Of a stretch of DNA of 64,000 nucleotides, positions 53,485-63,489 are shown in pieces. The first letter of the stretch is position 1; each line of letters opens with the position of its first letter. This stretch comes from Candidatus Latescibacterota bacterium (GTDB lineage Bacteria > Latescibacterota > UBA2968 > UBA8231), in contig CBDFJF010000001.1 in NCBI GenBank assembly GCA_965248265.1, positions 2,560,001 through 2,624,000 of the forward strand. Direction: 5' to 3'. The translations under genes were made by a program, and so were the position numbers. The notes under the pieces were generated by a model. That model was not told the origin of the DNA. It did not search any database and saw only the letters and a list, made by a program, of their open reading frames with translations.

Positions 53485-55053
53485 TTACTGTAGCAACGTC
53501 ATCTTTTTCATCTCAACGAACTCACCAGCGCTAAGCCGGTAGAGGTAAACGCCGCTACCTACTTTGACACCAGAGGCGTTCATTCCATCCCACGCTGAGC
53601 TGTATTGACCAGCTTGCATTTGGTCGCCCGCTATCAACGTTCTGATAACCTGTCCGGCCAGATCATAGACAACCAGCGTGACATGACTGTCGGTTGCCAG
53701 GCCGAACTCGATCGTCGTTTCAGGATTGAACGGGTTCGGATAGTTCTGATTCAGAGCAAATGCAGTCGGGATGGGCGGCAGAATGCCATCCAGTGCCACA
53801 GATATGATCTGCGAACGGGTACTGCTCCCATCCAGGTCAACCTGGCGAAGATAGTAATGCACTTCTTCGGCCACAGGTAAATCCGTGTCGAAGAATTCGT
53901 ACTGCCTGAACTCGTCTGTTGTTCCGTCACCGGGAACAAGGCTCCCAATGCGAACGAACACCTTACCGTCCAGGCTGCGATGCACTTCCCAGCCAAGATT
54001 ACTTGTTTGCGACGGCACACTCCACGTGAGTACAACGTTGCCGTCCACCGTTATATCTCCAGCAAAGCCCGAAAGCTCTGCAGGTACGGGGACATCCCAG
54101 GTCACTGTAAAGGACACTGACAACTCTACGGTCTGGCCCTCAGAATCCAACCCGCTGGTAGAAGCCGTGATTGCTGCACTCGTGCTGCTCGCATCCTCAT
54201 CAGCAGTGGCAGCATCCAGGGTGAGAAAGGCCTGTCCAGTTTCGTCCGTCGTTGACTCGACGTCAGTGACTCCTCCCGAAGGGGCCTCGGTGGCACCACC
54301 ATTCAAGGCGTAGATGGTTTCTCCGCCGTTGTGGGTGATACGCCAGGAGATGGTTTGCCCGGACGCGTCACCACCTACTGGATCCACATACCGGACCGCA
54401 AGTGTCACCTCGCCCAAACTACCATCCAGTACCTCGGATTCTCCAAGACCCGAAAGCAGAAGAGAGACGTCACCCTCGCCGACCCGGAGCAATTCAGGTT
54501 CCGAGATCGGCGGATTCACGTCAATGACTGTCCCCACGGCGATCACATCTCGGTCGGTCGCACTGGGCCCCAATGAGACCTGCTCGACCGTAATACTCGC
54601 TGTAGTCTCTGTGGTTAGAGTTGTGGATGCCCTCAACAGCAGGCTAAAGGTCGCCGATCCTGAATGACCTACCGCTTCCGGATCGGGATCCAACAGAGCA
54701 AAACCAACCTTAATTCGATTCGTGTTTCCTTCTTCTACCAAGCCACCCAACGACCGCCAGTTACCTAAAGCAGAGGCGTCCGGCAACTCCGGTCCCAGCA
54801 CGGCGGCAACCGCCGTGAGGTCGAAGTCGTCTGCTGACGACACCACAAGGGTGACGTCTACCTGCTCAACATCTACCCAGTTTTCTGCCTGTATATCAAT
54901 CGTGATGATGTCACTTGCATCGACATCAGTCAACAAGGTAGGACTGGTTATCGTGAAGGTGGCGTTCTCGTTATCGCCGGCGAAAGCCCCGCAAACTAGG
55001 GCCATCGACAGGGCGAGCACGAGTGGCGTGACTTTCCTCACGCTTTTCTCCAT
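53485..55053 (-). CDS. Secreted protein with FlgD/T9SS-type C-terminal domain
   Basis: Signal peptide; acidic Ig-like regions; VPAELSGF..W...NLGWEVHRS; QNYPNPFNPET..WDG..GSGVYLYRL..KKMTLLQ. Confidence 0.85.
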   Translation of the reverse strand: MEKSVRKVTPLVLALSMALVCGAFAGDNENATFTITSPTLLTDVDASDIITIDIQAENWVDVEQVDVTLVVSSADDFDLTAVAAVLGPELPDASALGNWRSLGGLVEEGNTNRIKVGFALLDPDPEAVGHSGSATFSLLLRASTTLTTETTASITVEQVSLGPSATDRDVIAVGTVIDVNPPISEPELLRVGEGDVSLLLSGLGESEVLDGSLGEVTLAVRYVDPVGGDASGQTISWRITHNGGETIYALNGGATEAPSGGVTDVESTTDETGQAFLTLDAATADEDASSTSAAITASTSGLDSEGQTVELSVSFTVTWDVPVPAELSGFAGDITVDGNVVLTWSVPSQTSNLGWEVHRSLDGKVFVRIGSLVPGDGTTDEFRQYEFFDTDLPVAEEVHYYLRQVDLDGSSTRSQIISVALDGILPPIPTAFALNQNYPNPFNPETTIEFGLATDSHVTLVVYDLAGQVIRTLIAGDQMQAGQYSSAWDGMNASGVKVGSGVYLYRLSAGEFVEMKKMTLLQ

Positions 55054-55160
55054 TTGTTAAACTCTCCTCTATCGATATACGCTACCCATGATGTTGGAGG
55101 GATGGGATCACGCCAAAGCGCGAACCCACCACCCCTCTAACCATCTTCCGGTACTCAGCC

Positions 55161-58100
55161 CTACTTCAACAGGAGCATCTTCTTGGTGCTCTGGAACTCC
55201 TGACCCGCCTGGACATGGTAGAAATACATGCCGGACGAGAGCGACTGGCCTTTGTCGTTGTTGGCGTCCCACTGCACGTTGTAGCGGCCCGCTCTCTGGT
55301 GTTCGTTTACCAGGGTGCGCACCACCTGTCCAAGCATGTTGTAAACCTCCAACGTGACAAGGCCTGCCTCAGGCAGCTGATACTTGATCGTGGTTGCCGG
55401 GTTGAACGGATTCGGATAGTTGTCGCTCAGAGCGTAAACCTCTGGACGAGTCTCTATCATGACTGAAACCGGACCCCGCAGATCGTTCACACCGTAAGCT
55501 CCATCACTCAGCTGACCGTCGGTGATCTCGATGTAGCTGCCCTCGGTCTCGATCTTGGCGCGGAACACCAAGCTCAAGCCCAGGTCACCGTCGACTGCGG
55601 TCTCGCCAAAGGCGATGATGGAACCCTTGCCGTCCTGACCAGCGATCGCCTGCGGCTGAGCCAATGAACCCTCACCCAACAGGTTGTCATTCTCAATCTT
55701 CGAACCGACGAATTCGAACACTGCCGGATCGTAACTCAGGTTGAAACCATAACCACGAAGCTCGACGTAATCTTCGAGGTCTACGGCGATGGTCATCTCT
55801 TCACCGACTCCAGGAAGGCTCTCGCCAGCGGCGAGAGTCAGGCTGGCATCACTGTTGAGACCGGCCAGCATTGGCACGACCCTGGAGGACGAGTTGACAC
55901 CGCGACCAAAGTAATCGGCGAAGACGAAGAAGTCGTCCAGGTCGATTCTGTTGTTCGGGTTCAAGTCGAAAGCAGGATCGAACGCGACGTCCGCGGCGGT
56001 CTGGCCGAAGAAGTCTGCGAAGATGAAGAAGTCATCGAATCCAACGCTGTTGTCCGCACCGAACAGACCCATGACGAGGCTGCCAGAAGCATCCTTGACA
56101 TTGTTGCGAATCGCCATTGACGTCCGCTCGAGTTCGGTGGGTGTTACGTTGTCTGTGTCAAACGGGCTGACGGTGTAGGTGTAGCGCAGTCCGTTAAACA
56201 CGGTGTTGTCATGGAAGCTGGTTTCGCCGGCGGATACGTAGCTAACGAATTCAAATTCATCAGCTCCGGCCTTGCGGTAGATATTGTAACCGGCGACGCC
56301 TGCGACCAACGTGTTGCCGTTGGCCCCCACGGCCTGGGCCGTGTTCTGAGGCAGCATCCGGTCATCGAGCGACTTCTGCCAGGTAACGCTGATGCTGCCA
56401 CCCGCGTCGGCCGGCGTGTCGACGGCCCTCAGCTGCTGAATCGCAGCGGGGGCGATGTTGTCGATCGCACGAATCGGCTCAGTCCGAACGAACCCGGAAC
56501 TCTGCAGACCGTTGTCACCAGCCTTAAAGCTCGGCGCCACGCCGTCAAACATGGCAATGGCATCCGGGGTTAAGATGGCGAAGATCGGTGCGGCCGGCTC
56601 AGTGGAACTGACTGCCTGCTTGCTCTGCATCATGGTCTCAGCCATCAACTCGTAGTACGAGTCGACGCCCTCGACCGACGCGAACGCTTGCTTGGCAGCG
56701 GTGGCATCGACGCCACCACTGGCGTTGCGGGCAGTCTCCTGAGTGACAGCGTAAGCGGTTGCCGTATTGTCCGGCGTGTAGACGATGACCTTGACGTCAC
56801 CACCGCCAGCCGGTGGATCGAAGGTGGCGTAAGAAACGGTGCCCACAGGCTCCGCTACCTCGCGCCAGATGCGAACCACTTCCGCCTCTGGTGCAACGCC
56901 GGTGATGTTGAGGTAGATGAAGTTACCCTGGTCGTCCGGCACGTCGGCGCCGCCCACCGAGGAAACAGCTGGGACAGCGTCGAGGGTGTGGGTGAGTGAA
57001 CCTTCCACACCACTACCCAAACCACGCGCCCATATGGTCTGCGCGCCCACGTTATCCGTGGAGGCCCAGAAGCCGCCCGTACCTGCGGAGATCTTGATCG
57101 CCGTCACCGGAACAGTAGCGCCGGCAACGTTGGTACTGATCTCGACAAAGTCCGCGTCCGCCGTGCGTCTGTTCATGAACTGATCATCCAGGTCGACGTT
57201 GACCCAGAAATTGGCGCCAGCGGTGGCGTTCACGGAGGGATTGTTGGTGGCGAGCGAGATGGCGCTGATAGCGTCAACGGTGCTTGCAACCGCAGTCGAG
57301 GTTCCGGTCGACCCGTTTCCGTCATTGGCCGCCGGCGCTACCCTGGACAGGGTGGCGTCGAAGACGATGCTACCCGCACTCTGGTTGGTGACGGTTACAG
57401 CCAATGCTCCGTTCGTGAACTCCGCCACGTCCAGGGTAGCAGTGGCGTTGTCATCGTTGTCGGTGACACCGTTCGCTCCCGAGAACACCAGGGTGCACTC
57501 GCTGCCAAGTGCACAGGCACCGGTGTCTGGCGTGAAGGTTGCGTTCAGACTCACTATGTCGCCAACTGCGGCGTTTGGAGCGATTCCGAAGACCGCCAAA
57601 TCGTTAGCGTCCTGGACTTCAACGGTGACGGTGTATGCGGTCCCTACTACATTAGTAGCCGCCGATGGGGTAAGCGCTATCTGGGTCGGCGTCTCTGCAC
57701 TGGCAGCTGGATCGAATTTAGACAGGTCACCCGTGGCCTGGGCACCCGCGTTGCCGGCCAGGTCGACTCCCGTCCAGGCCCAGGAACAGATTGAGTCTAG
57801 AATCGGGATCACGTCGCCGTCATTTGCGCCTCCTACTATTTGAGCCGGCACGACCTGGATATCAGTGGATACCTCCGTCCAAGCGAAGGCCGTGGGGCTC
57901 GCCGCATTGGCACTGAATGTATCGCAAGTCAGGTCGAGGGTGGACGCTGAAAGATCCTCACTATTCCGGCCTCGAAAGGTCATCTGTCCGGGGTCGGTTA
58001 CAGGATCGTCAGTGTTCGCCGTGGGCGAGAAGTTGAGCAGTGTAGGCGGCGTGATGTCAAGGGTGAGACCGCTGATGGTCAACGGAAGCAAAGGATTGTC

Positions 58101-59609
58101 TGCCGCGTCAGTGCCACCGAAGGTGACACTGGCTGACCCGTCCGCGATGGCTCCGGTGACAAAACCCCCGCTTGAAGCTGCTGGGAGCCCGGCGTTGATA
58201 CCGGTGAGGTCAACGGTACGAGTGTTCCCCTCACCCAGAGCGGCATCTATATGAGCCCGGGTCGGATTGGTGTAGTAGATTTGGGTATTCCCACCTGCCG
58301 TTAAATCCACAGTGAGGTTGAGAAGAGTCGGCGGTGTGGCGGCCGGCTTCATCTGCAAACCGTTGAGATCACCGACAGCTCCACGGGAAACCAAGTCTCC
58401 AGTCGCCAAGCCATCGAAATCAGCAGCTACCAACTGGTATGACTTGTTGGCTATAGCGACGTTCACGATGGCGCTCAGAGGCGTCGCGACCAGGTCTTTC
58501 TGTGCGGACGCGGTGGGATCGGCGACGTTGTAACTACTTACGTTTCCCGCGTCGTCTTTGGCGTAAAACGTCGCGGTGCCACCGATGGTTTGAGCTTTGG
58601 CGAGGACTTGCCCAGCAGCGACATCTTCGACGATCGTATGGCTGATCAGGAAGACGTTTCCGGGTGCTGCGGGGCGGTTGGCCGAGGGCGTGGTGTCAAC
58701 ATCAAACACCAGAATCTCACCAATGGTTGGAAAGTTGGCGTACAAATTGACGTCCCCGTCGGAAAGAATCGGGGCCAGCGCCGGAACGGTCGTGGTAATG
58801 TTTCCGGTCACGCCATCACCGATACCAGCAACAGAGAAACTGCCGGCGGTGAAGTTGATGACCTGAACTGAATTAGTGAAGTCGGCGGCTTCGAATTGGT
58901 CAGCGCCACCACTGGCAGCCAGGTTTACGGTACCGACGGTGCGGTTGATCGCAGTCGGGCCCAGCGGACGTAAGGCGTCGAGTTCGAACGTCCCCGTGCT
59001 CTGTGCCGCGGGGCCGGAGAGTTCGGTAGTGGTGTAGAATACTCCGTTCGCCTTGACGCCACTCACCTCGGCGAACCAGTCGGCTTGAGCTACTACCTCA
59101 ATCAAAAAGTCGAAGCGTCCCGGAGAACCAGGTTCGGACTTAGTTACTGATTTAATATCAAGACCAAGCAAAGTTCCGTCATTTTGACCGCAACCGACGA
59201 CAATGTCACGCGTCATGTTCGCTTGGAAATCAGCGGCCGCAGGCTCCCCAGTCAGGCCTGCGATGTTAGCAGTAGTGCCTTCTGAGAAGCTGGTGAAGGT
59301 GGTCACATCCTGGCCCGTCTGGTTGGCCCAGAACTCGGCCGCGGTGGCGAAAGTACCTAAGGGGTTCAAGCCTTCGGCCGTCACGAACGCCGTGGACGTA
59401 GTTCCGAACGAGACGCACCCCGTATCGGTGGCAAGGGGGGCGAAGCTCAACCCTTGCACGGTGGCGTTAACGGAAGCGCCGATATTCGCAGTCGCGGGTG
59501 TGGAAGCGTCCAACACCGAATCGACTATTGGAACTGCTCCTACTCCGGAACTCAAGGGGAGCCCGGTTAGAAGCGCAGCTAAAAGGATCAGCTTTTTGCT
59601 TTGACGCAT
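55161..59609 (-). CDS. Large Ala/Thr/Gly-rich secreted surface protein with FN3, paired EF-hand/dockerin-like, cohesin-like and FlgD/T9SS-type CTD
   Basis: SD GAGGAGG, MRQSKK signal peptide; ADNSVGFDDFFIFADFFG..DLNPNNRIDLDDFFVFADYFG; LRGYGFNLSYDP..FEFV; NYPNPFNPAT..KKMLLLK. Confidence 0.88.
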   Translation of the reverse strand: MRQSKKLILLAALLTGLPLSSGVGAVPIVDSVLDASTPATANIGASVNATVQGLSFAPLATDTGCVSFGTTSTAFVTAEGLNPLGTFATAAEFWANQTGQDVTTFTSFSEGTTANIAGLTGEPAAADFQANMTRDIVVGCGQNDGTLLGLDIKSVTKSEPGSPGRFDFLIEVVAQADWFAEVSGVKANGVFYTTTELSGPAAQSTGTFELDALRPLGPTAINRTVGTVNLAASGGADQFEAADFTNSVQVINFTAGSFSVAGIGDGVTGNITTTVPALAPILSDGDVNLYANFPTIGEILVFDVDTTPSANRPAAPGNVFLISHTIVEDVAAGQVLAKAQTIGGTATFYAKDDAGNVSSYNVADPTASAQKDLVATPLSAIVNVAIANKSYQLVAADFDGLATGDLVSRGAVGDLNGLQMKPAATPPTLLNLTVDLTAGGNTQIYYTNPTRAHIDAALGEGNTRTVDLTGINAGLPAASSGGFVTGAIADGSASVTFGGTDAADNPLLPLTISGLTLDITPPTLLNFSPTANTDDPVTDPGQMTFRGRNSEDLSASTLDLTCDTFSANAASPTAFAWTEVSTDIQVVPAQIVGGANDGDVIPILDSICSWAWTGVDLAGNAGAQATGDLSKFDPAASAETPTQIALTPSAATNVVGTAYTVTVEVQDANDLAVFGIAPNAAVGDIVSLNATFTPDTGACALGSECTLVFSGANGVTDNDDNATATLDVAEFTNGALAVTVTNQSAGSIVFDATLSRVAPAANDGNGSTGTSTAVASTVDAISAISLATNNPSVNATAGANFWVNVDLDDQFMNRRTADADFVEISTNVAGATVPVTAIKISAGTGGFWASTDNVGAQTIWARGLGSGVEGSLTHTLDAVPAVSSVGGADVPDDQGNFIYLNITGVAPEAEVVRIWREVAEPVGTVSYATFDPPAGGGDVKVIVYTPDNTATAYAVTQETARNASGGVDATAAKQAFASVEGVDSYYELMAETMMQSKQAVSSTEPAAPIFAILTPDAIAMFDGVAPSFKAGDNGLQSSGFVRTEPIRAIDNIAPAAIQQLRAVDTPADAGGSISVTWQKSLDDRMLPQNTAQAVGANGNTLVAGVAGYNIYRKAGADEFEFVSYVSAGETSFHDNTVFNGLRYTYTVSPFDTDNVTPTELERTSMAIRNNVKDASGSLVMGLFGADNSVGFDDFFIFADFFGQTAADVAFDPAFDLNPNNRIDLDDFFVFADYFGRGVNSSSRVVPMLAGLNSDASLTLAAGESLPGVGEEMTIAVDLEDYVELRGYGFNLSYDPAVFEFVGSKIENDNLLGEGSLAQPQAIAGQDGKGSIIAFGETAVDGDLGLSLVFRAKIETEGSYIEITDGQLSDGAYGVNDLRGPVSVMIETRPEVYALSDNYPNPFNPATTIKYQLPEAGLVTLEVYNMLGQVVRTLVNEHQRAGRYNVQWDANNDKGQSLSSGMYFYHVQAGQEFQSTKKMLLLK

Positions 59610-59940
59610 TTCTTCCTCCTCAGGGATTTCTGTCCCTGCACTGTGTTGAAAACAAAAACTCACTCGTTTTTAGTTTAGTCACTTACTGCAAGTATACCCA
59701 ACTATGGGCAGTAGTGCATATTTCGTGTTGGCGCGGTGCTTTCCTTGGACGCTTCGACCTCGATCTGGTATGAGTAATGAACCCAGCGTCACGCCTCCTT
59801 TCTCTTCGTTGAAGATGACTCAGTCGAACAGGTTCTTGTCAAAAGTCACCGCAGTTTTGACTCCCATTTGAAACCAGCAATACCTATCAAACATCGCAGT
59901 GGCACCCGTAAAGGCACACTGCCCCCAAAAGAGGAGCCTT

Positions 59941-59969
59941 ATGATAGGACAAAAGAATATGGGTGTCAA
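59941..59969 (-). promoter_or_regulatory. Near-consensus sigma70 promoter for the surface-protein genes
   Basis: TTGACA-17 nt-TATCAT with an A/T tract upstream. Confidence 0.75.
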
Positions 59970-60324
59970 GCACTTTTTTCCCCGTGAAATAGAGGTCCAA
60001 GTTCAGGAGAATCTGAACTTAGACCATGTTTGCATAGCGGCCAAAGGCCTTTGTTCAAGAATAACTTATGGGCCACCGGCGGAAACCGTTGTGACTGCAG
60101 TCACAACAGTGCAGAATTTGTTACCAAAGCCCAACCGACGGGGGGCTCGTCTGCGATTCATAATTGCTAACATGCTGGGGCACAACGCAGTGCCGCGGTT
60201 GATCGGGGTTCTGACCGATTCTGATCTGTCCGAGCACTGAAGCGACCGTTTGACCGCCGCTCGGGAAAGGTTCTTTGTTCGTGCCGATGAATCTCGGTCG
60301 TTGTGCCATCGTTGTGCGCCAACC

Positions 60325-60378
60325 TATGGATGCTGAATTGTCGCAAAGAGATATGGATGCTGAATTGTCGCAAAGAGA
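60325..60378. repeat. Perfect 27-bp tandem duplication spanning a start codon
   Basis: tatggatgctgaattgtcgcaaagaga at 60325-60351 and 60352-60378. Confidence 0.93.
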
Positions 60379-62635
60379 GAAGTCATCGGGTCGATCGAGT
60401 CACTGGGACTCCGCAATCAGGCGCATCCAGGATGCTGCCGTACTCCTCGCCTTGATCGGGTTGCCGCTGTTTCATACAACCCGTGTTCATAACGTCTTCC
60501 TGGCGAAATCTGGGCTCGCCCTGGTTGTTGGCGGCGTGTTGGGGATGGCCTGGTTTTCGGGGATGGCCGTTCGAAGGCATCTACGGCTAAACTCGATTTC
60601 TCTGTACGGGGCCATCCTCATCTTCGTGGCCACCTCCGGTGCTTCGCTGATCCTGGTCGCCGGCAATCCAGCTCGCGGCCTCGAGATGTTGTTGTTCCAG
60701 GTAACCGGTTTTCTACTCTTCTTCGCCGTACTGGAGGGCGTCTGCTCGGAAGCGAAAATCCTCAACCTGATGCGGACAGTATCGTGGACCAGTCTGGTGA
60801 TTGCGAGCATTGGTTTGCTCGAGGAGAGCGGGGTGTATTTAATCCCCTCCAACGTCAGAGTACCGTTGCCCGTGGCGACCATCGGGAACACAAATTTCGT
60901 TGCGCACTATCTGGATCTGACAATCCCCGTCACGGCGTCACTACTGTTTATCCCGGGTGAACGATCAGGTTGGAAGGGAGTCCTCACGGCGATTGCTTTG
61001 GCAGCCACCTGCTGCGTGATGGTGTTGACCCAATGTCGAGGCGGATGGGTGAGCGTCGGTCTGGTAGCGCTGGTGTTTGCCGCGTTGAAGCTGCGCACCG
61101 TGCGATGGGTTCGGTTCGTCCCCGTTCTGCTGCTGAGTGCGGCGCTGGTCTCTCCGATGCTCGAATTGCTGTTCAATGCTGTGCGCTCGGAAGACGCGAG
61201 TACGCTGTCCGGGGCGTTGGGCAGTCAGATGGAGCGCACATGGGAACGCGCTTCCAGCACCCTGGATGAGACCGATCTTTCGAGGTCGATGCGGATCATG
61301 TTGTGGAAGAACACGGCCGACATGATAGCATCCCAGCCGTTCGGAGTCGGCACGGGCAACTACGAGTTCAGCCTACCTGCTTTTCGCTCCATGTCGGAGC
61401 AGCGTGAATGGAAGCAGCTCGAGGGCAATCTTGTCCTTGGGGCGTACAACGCCCACAATGAGTATCTGGAGTACCTGTCGGAGACCGGAATCGTCGGGTT
61501 TCTAGCGATTGTCGCACTCTTTGGCGGGATCCTCTGGCGGGGCTGGCGATATCTCGCTGGACGTCGCGAATGGACCGGTCAGTCGATCGCCGCCGCCGGG
61601 TGTCTGGGCGCTGTTGGAGCGGCGCTCGTCCACGCCCTCTTCAGCTTTAATCTGCAGGACCCCGTTTCGGGCACCCTCTTCTGGGTACTTGCGGGCCTGC
61701 TCGTGAGCTTGACGACGGACAAGGATCGGGGTGGGATAACTGTTTCGCTCAAGAGCAAGGCGCGCCGGATAGCGGTCGCCGCGGTGGGGGCTGGCATCGC
61801 CGTCGTCAGCATCAACTGCGGCGTACGAATCCTGATTGCCGACGGGTACTACCTGAAGGGGATGCAGCGTTTCAATGAGGGAAAAGGGCTTGAGGCGATT
61901 GAAGCCATGCGCCAGGCCAGCCAGTGGCGCGACGCCGATTTCCGGCACCACCACATGCTGGGCGTCTTTACTTCCTTCGTGGCCAAGGTTGCCGGCACCG
62001 ATAGTGAGATCGGTCGTGGAATGCATGCCGAGGCGGAGAGTGCCCTCAGGCGCAGCATTGAGTTGCACCCGAATAACGCGCAAGCCCTCCGGTTGCTTGG
62101 TAGGACGGTGCTGAGAATCGACAGGGGAGGCGAGGCGATCGAGCTTCTGCGACGCACGGTTGAGCTGGACCCTCTTAATGAGGACAACTACGGCCTGCTC
62201 GCGGATGCCTACCGGGCGACGGGTGATAACCCCAGTGCTTTGGAAGCTCGCAAGCAGGCTCTTTCTTTCCGGCCTCACGACACAGTGCTCATGATGGACC
62301 TGGCCACTGAGTACCGACTCAGTGGAGATCTGGAATCTTCAGCAGCTGTACTGGAACGAGCCGCCAGTCTCAGACCACACGATGGAATAGTGCAGGGTAG
62401 TCTCGGCTCGGTGTACCTGGCATTGGGAAAGATAGTTGATGCCGAGCGAGCCCTGAGGATTGCAGTCGGTGTAGAGCCCTCGATAGTTGCATGGCGTCAC
62501 AACCTGGTGCGCAGCCTTCTGCGTCAACGACACCTGGCGCAAGCCGAGGAAGAGCTAAAGAATGCGCTTGAGCTGTTTCCACAGGACGAAGTGTTGATCT
62601 CCATTGCGGAGCTGTTTCGAGCTGGCGATCGGTGA
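60326..62635 (+). CDS. O-antigen ligase (Wzy_C)-family membrane protein with C-terminal TPRs
   Basis: TIGNTNF, LTQCRGGW, R..LW, GVGTGNY, AHNEYL..LSETGIVG, F.FNLQ; TPR repeats at the C-terminus; start 60326 or 60353. Confidence 0.88.
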   Translation: MDAELSQRDMDAELSQREKSSGRSSHWDSAIRRIQDAAVLLALIGLPLFHTTRVHNVFLAKSGLALVVGGVLGMAWFSGMAVRRHLRLNSISLYGAILIFVATSGASLILVAGNPARGLEMLLFQVTGFLLFFAVLEGVCSEAKILNLMRTVSWTSLVIASIGLLEESGVYLIPSNVRVPLPVATIGNTNFVAHYLDLTIPVTASLLFIPGERSGWKGVLTAIALAATCCVMVLTQCRGGWVSVGLVALVFAALKLRTVRWVRFVPVLLLSAALVSPMLELLFNAVRSEDASTLSGALGSQMERTWERASSTLDETDLSRSMRIMLWKNTADMIASQPFGVGTGNYEFSLPAFRSMSEQREWKQLEGNLVLGAYNAHNEYLEYLSETGIVGFLAIVALFGGILWRGWRYLAGRREWTGQSIAAAGCLGAVGAALVHALFSFNLQDPVSGTLFWVLAGLLVSLTTDKDRGGITVSLKSKARRIAVAAVGAGIAVVSINCGVRILIADGYYLKGMQRFNEGKGLEAIEAMRQASQWRDADFRHHHMLGVFTSFVAKVAGTDSEIGRGMHAEAESALRRSIELHPNNAQALRLLGRTVLRIDRGGEAIELLRRTVELDPLNEDNYGLLADAYRATGDNPSALEARKQALSFRPHDTVLMMDLATEYRLSGDLESSAAVLERAASLRPHDGIVQGSLGSVYLALGKIVDAERALRIAVGVEPSIVAWRHNLVRSLLRQRHLAQAEEELKNALELFPQDEVLISIAELFRAGDR

Positions 62636-62646
62636 TCTAACTGGAG

Positions 62647-63489
62647 TCAGCGCGAACGCGATATCCAGCACATGGTGCTGAATGCCAGCCTTGTTGGACT
62701 ACGCATCAGACCCTGGTAGTGCTTTCGGCCGAAGTGGCGTAGCCAGTTGCGCTGCAACCGCTTGCGATCTTGCGCCATCGGCGCCTTGTTGCGGAAGTGT
62801 GTGATTGCGCCACACGGGTAGTAGCGGCACCGCCCCAATCCGACATGGATTATTCGGTAGCAAAGGTCGACATCCTCATAGTACATGAAGATGGCCTCAT
62901 CGAAGCCGCCGATCACGTCGAACGCGTCCTTGCGGATCCACATTGCTGCGGCAGTAACCCAATCCACGTCTCTTTCTATACCGAACCCCGTCCAGTGGCG
63001 GCCAGAATTCTTCCCGAGAGGGGCCCTGAGGAGAGGAACAACTGCCAGGAGCCTGTCCAGAGTCAGGCTGGTCAGCGTTGGGAAGGATCCCGTTGAGCGT
63101 TCCAACTCGCCGCTTTCGTCGTAAATCATCCCGGCAGCCAGCGCAACGTCCGGATGGCTCTCGAATACGCCTAGGAATTCCTCAAGAGAATGATCCTCCA
63201 TCATTTCGGTGTCAGGGTTGAGGAAAAGGAGGGTTGGGGCGTTGGATTTGCGAGCACCTGTATTGTTGGCGGCGCCGAATCCGGTGTTTTCTTGACAGAT
63301 CAGTTTGCAGTTGGGGAAATCCGAGCGGATCATCTGAACGGAACCGTCTGACGAGGCGTTGTCAACGACGATGACTTCGAGCTCATCTCCGATCGTCTGC
63401 CGATCCAGCGAACGCAGGCATCCCGCCAACCACTCTTTGGTGTTGAAGCTGACTATGATGACGGATAGTCGAGGGTTTGACGGGTTCAT
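62647..63489 (-). CDS. Glycosyltransferase family 2
   Basis: LSVIIVSFN, VVDNASSDGS, NTGFGAANN, FLNPD, GGFDEAIFMYYEDVDLC. Confidence 0.92.
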   Translation of the reverse strand: MNPSNPRLSVIIVSFNTKEWLAGCLRSLDRQTIGDELEVIVVDNASSDGSVQMIRSDFPNCKLICQENTGFGAANNTGARKSNAPTLLFLNPDTEMMEDHSLEEFLGVFESHPDVALAAGMIYDESGELERSTGSFPTLTSLTLDRLLAVVPLLRAPLGKNSGRHWTGFGIERDVDWVTAAAMWIRKDAFDVIGGFDEAIFMYYEDVDLCYRIIHVGLGRCRYYPCGAITHFRNKAPMAQDRKRLQRNWLRHFGRKHYQGLMRSPTRLAFSTMCWISRSR

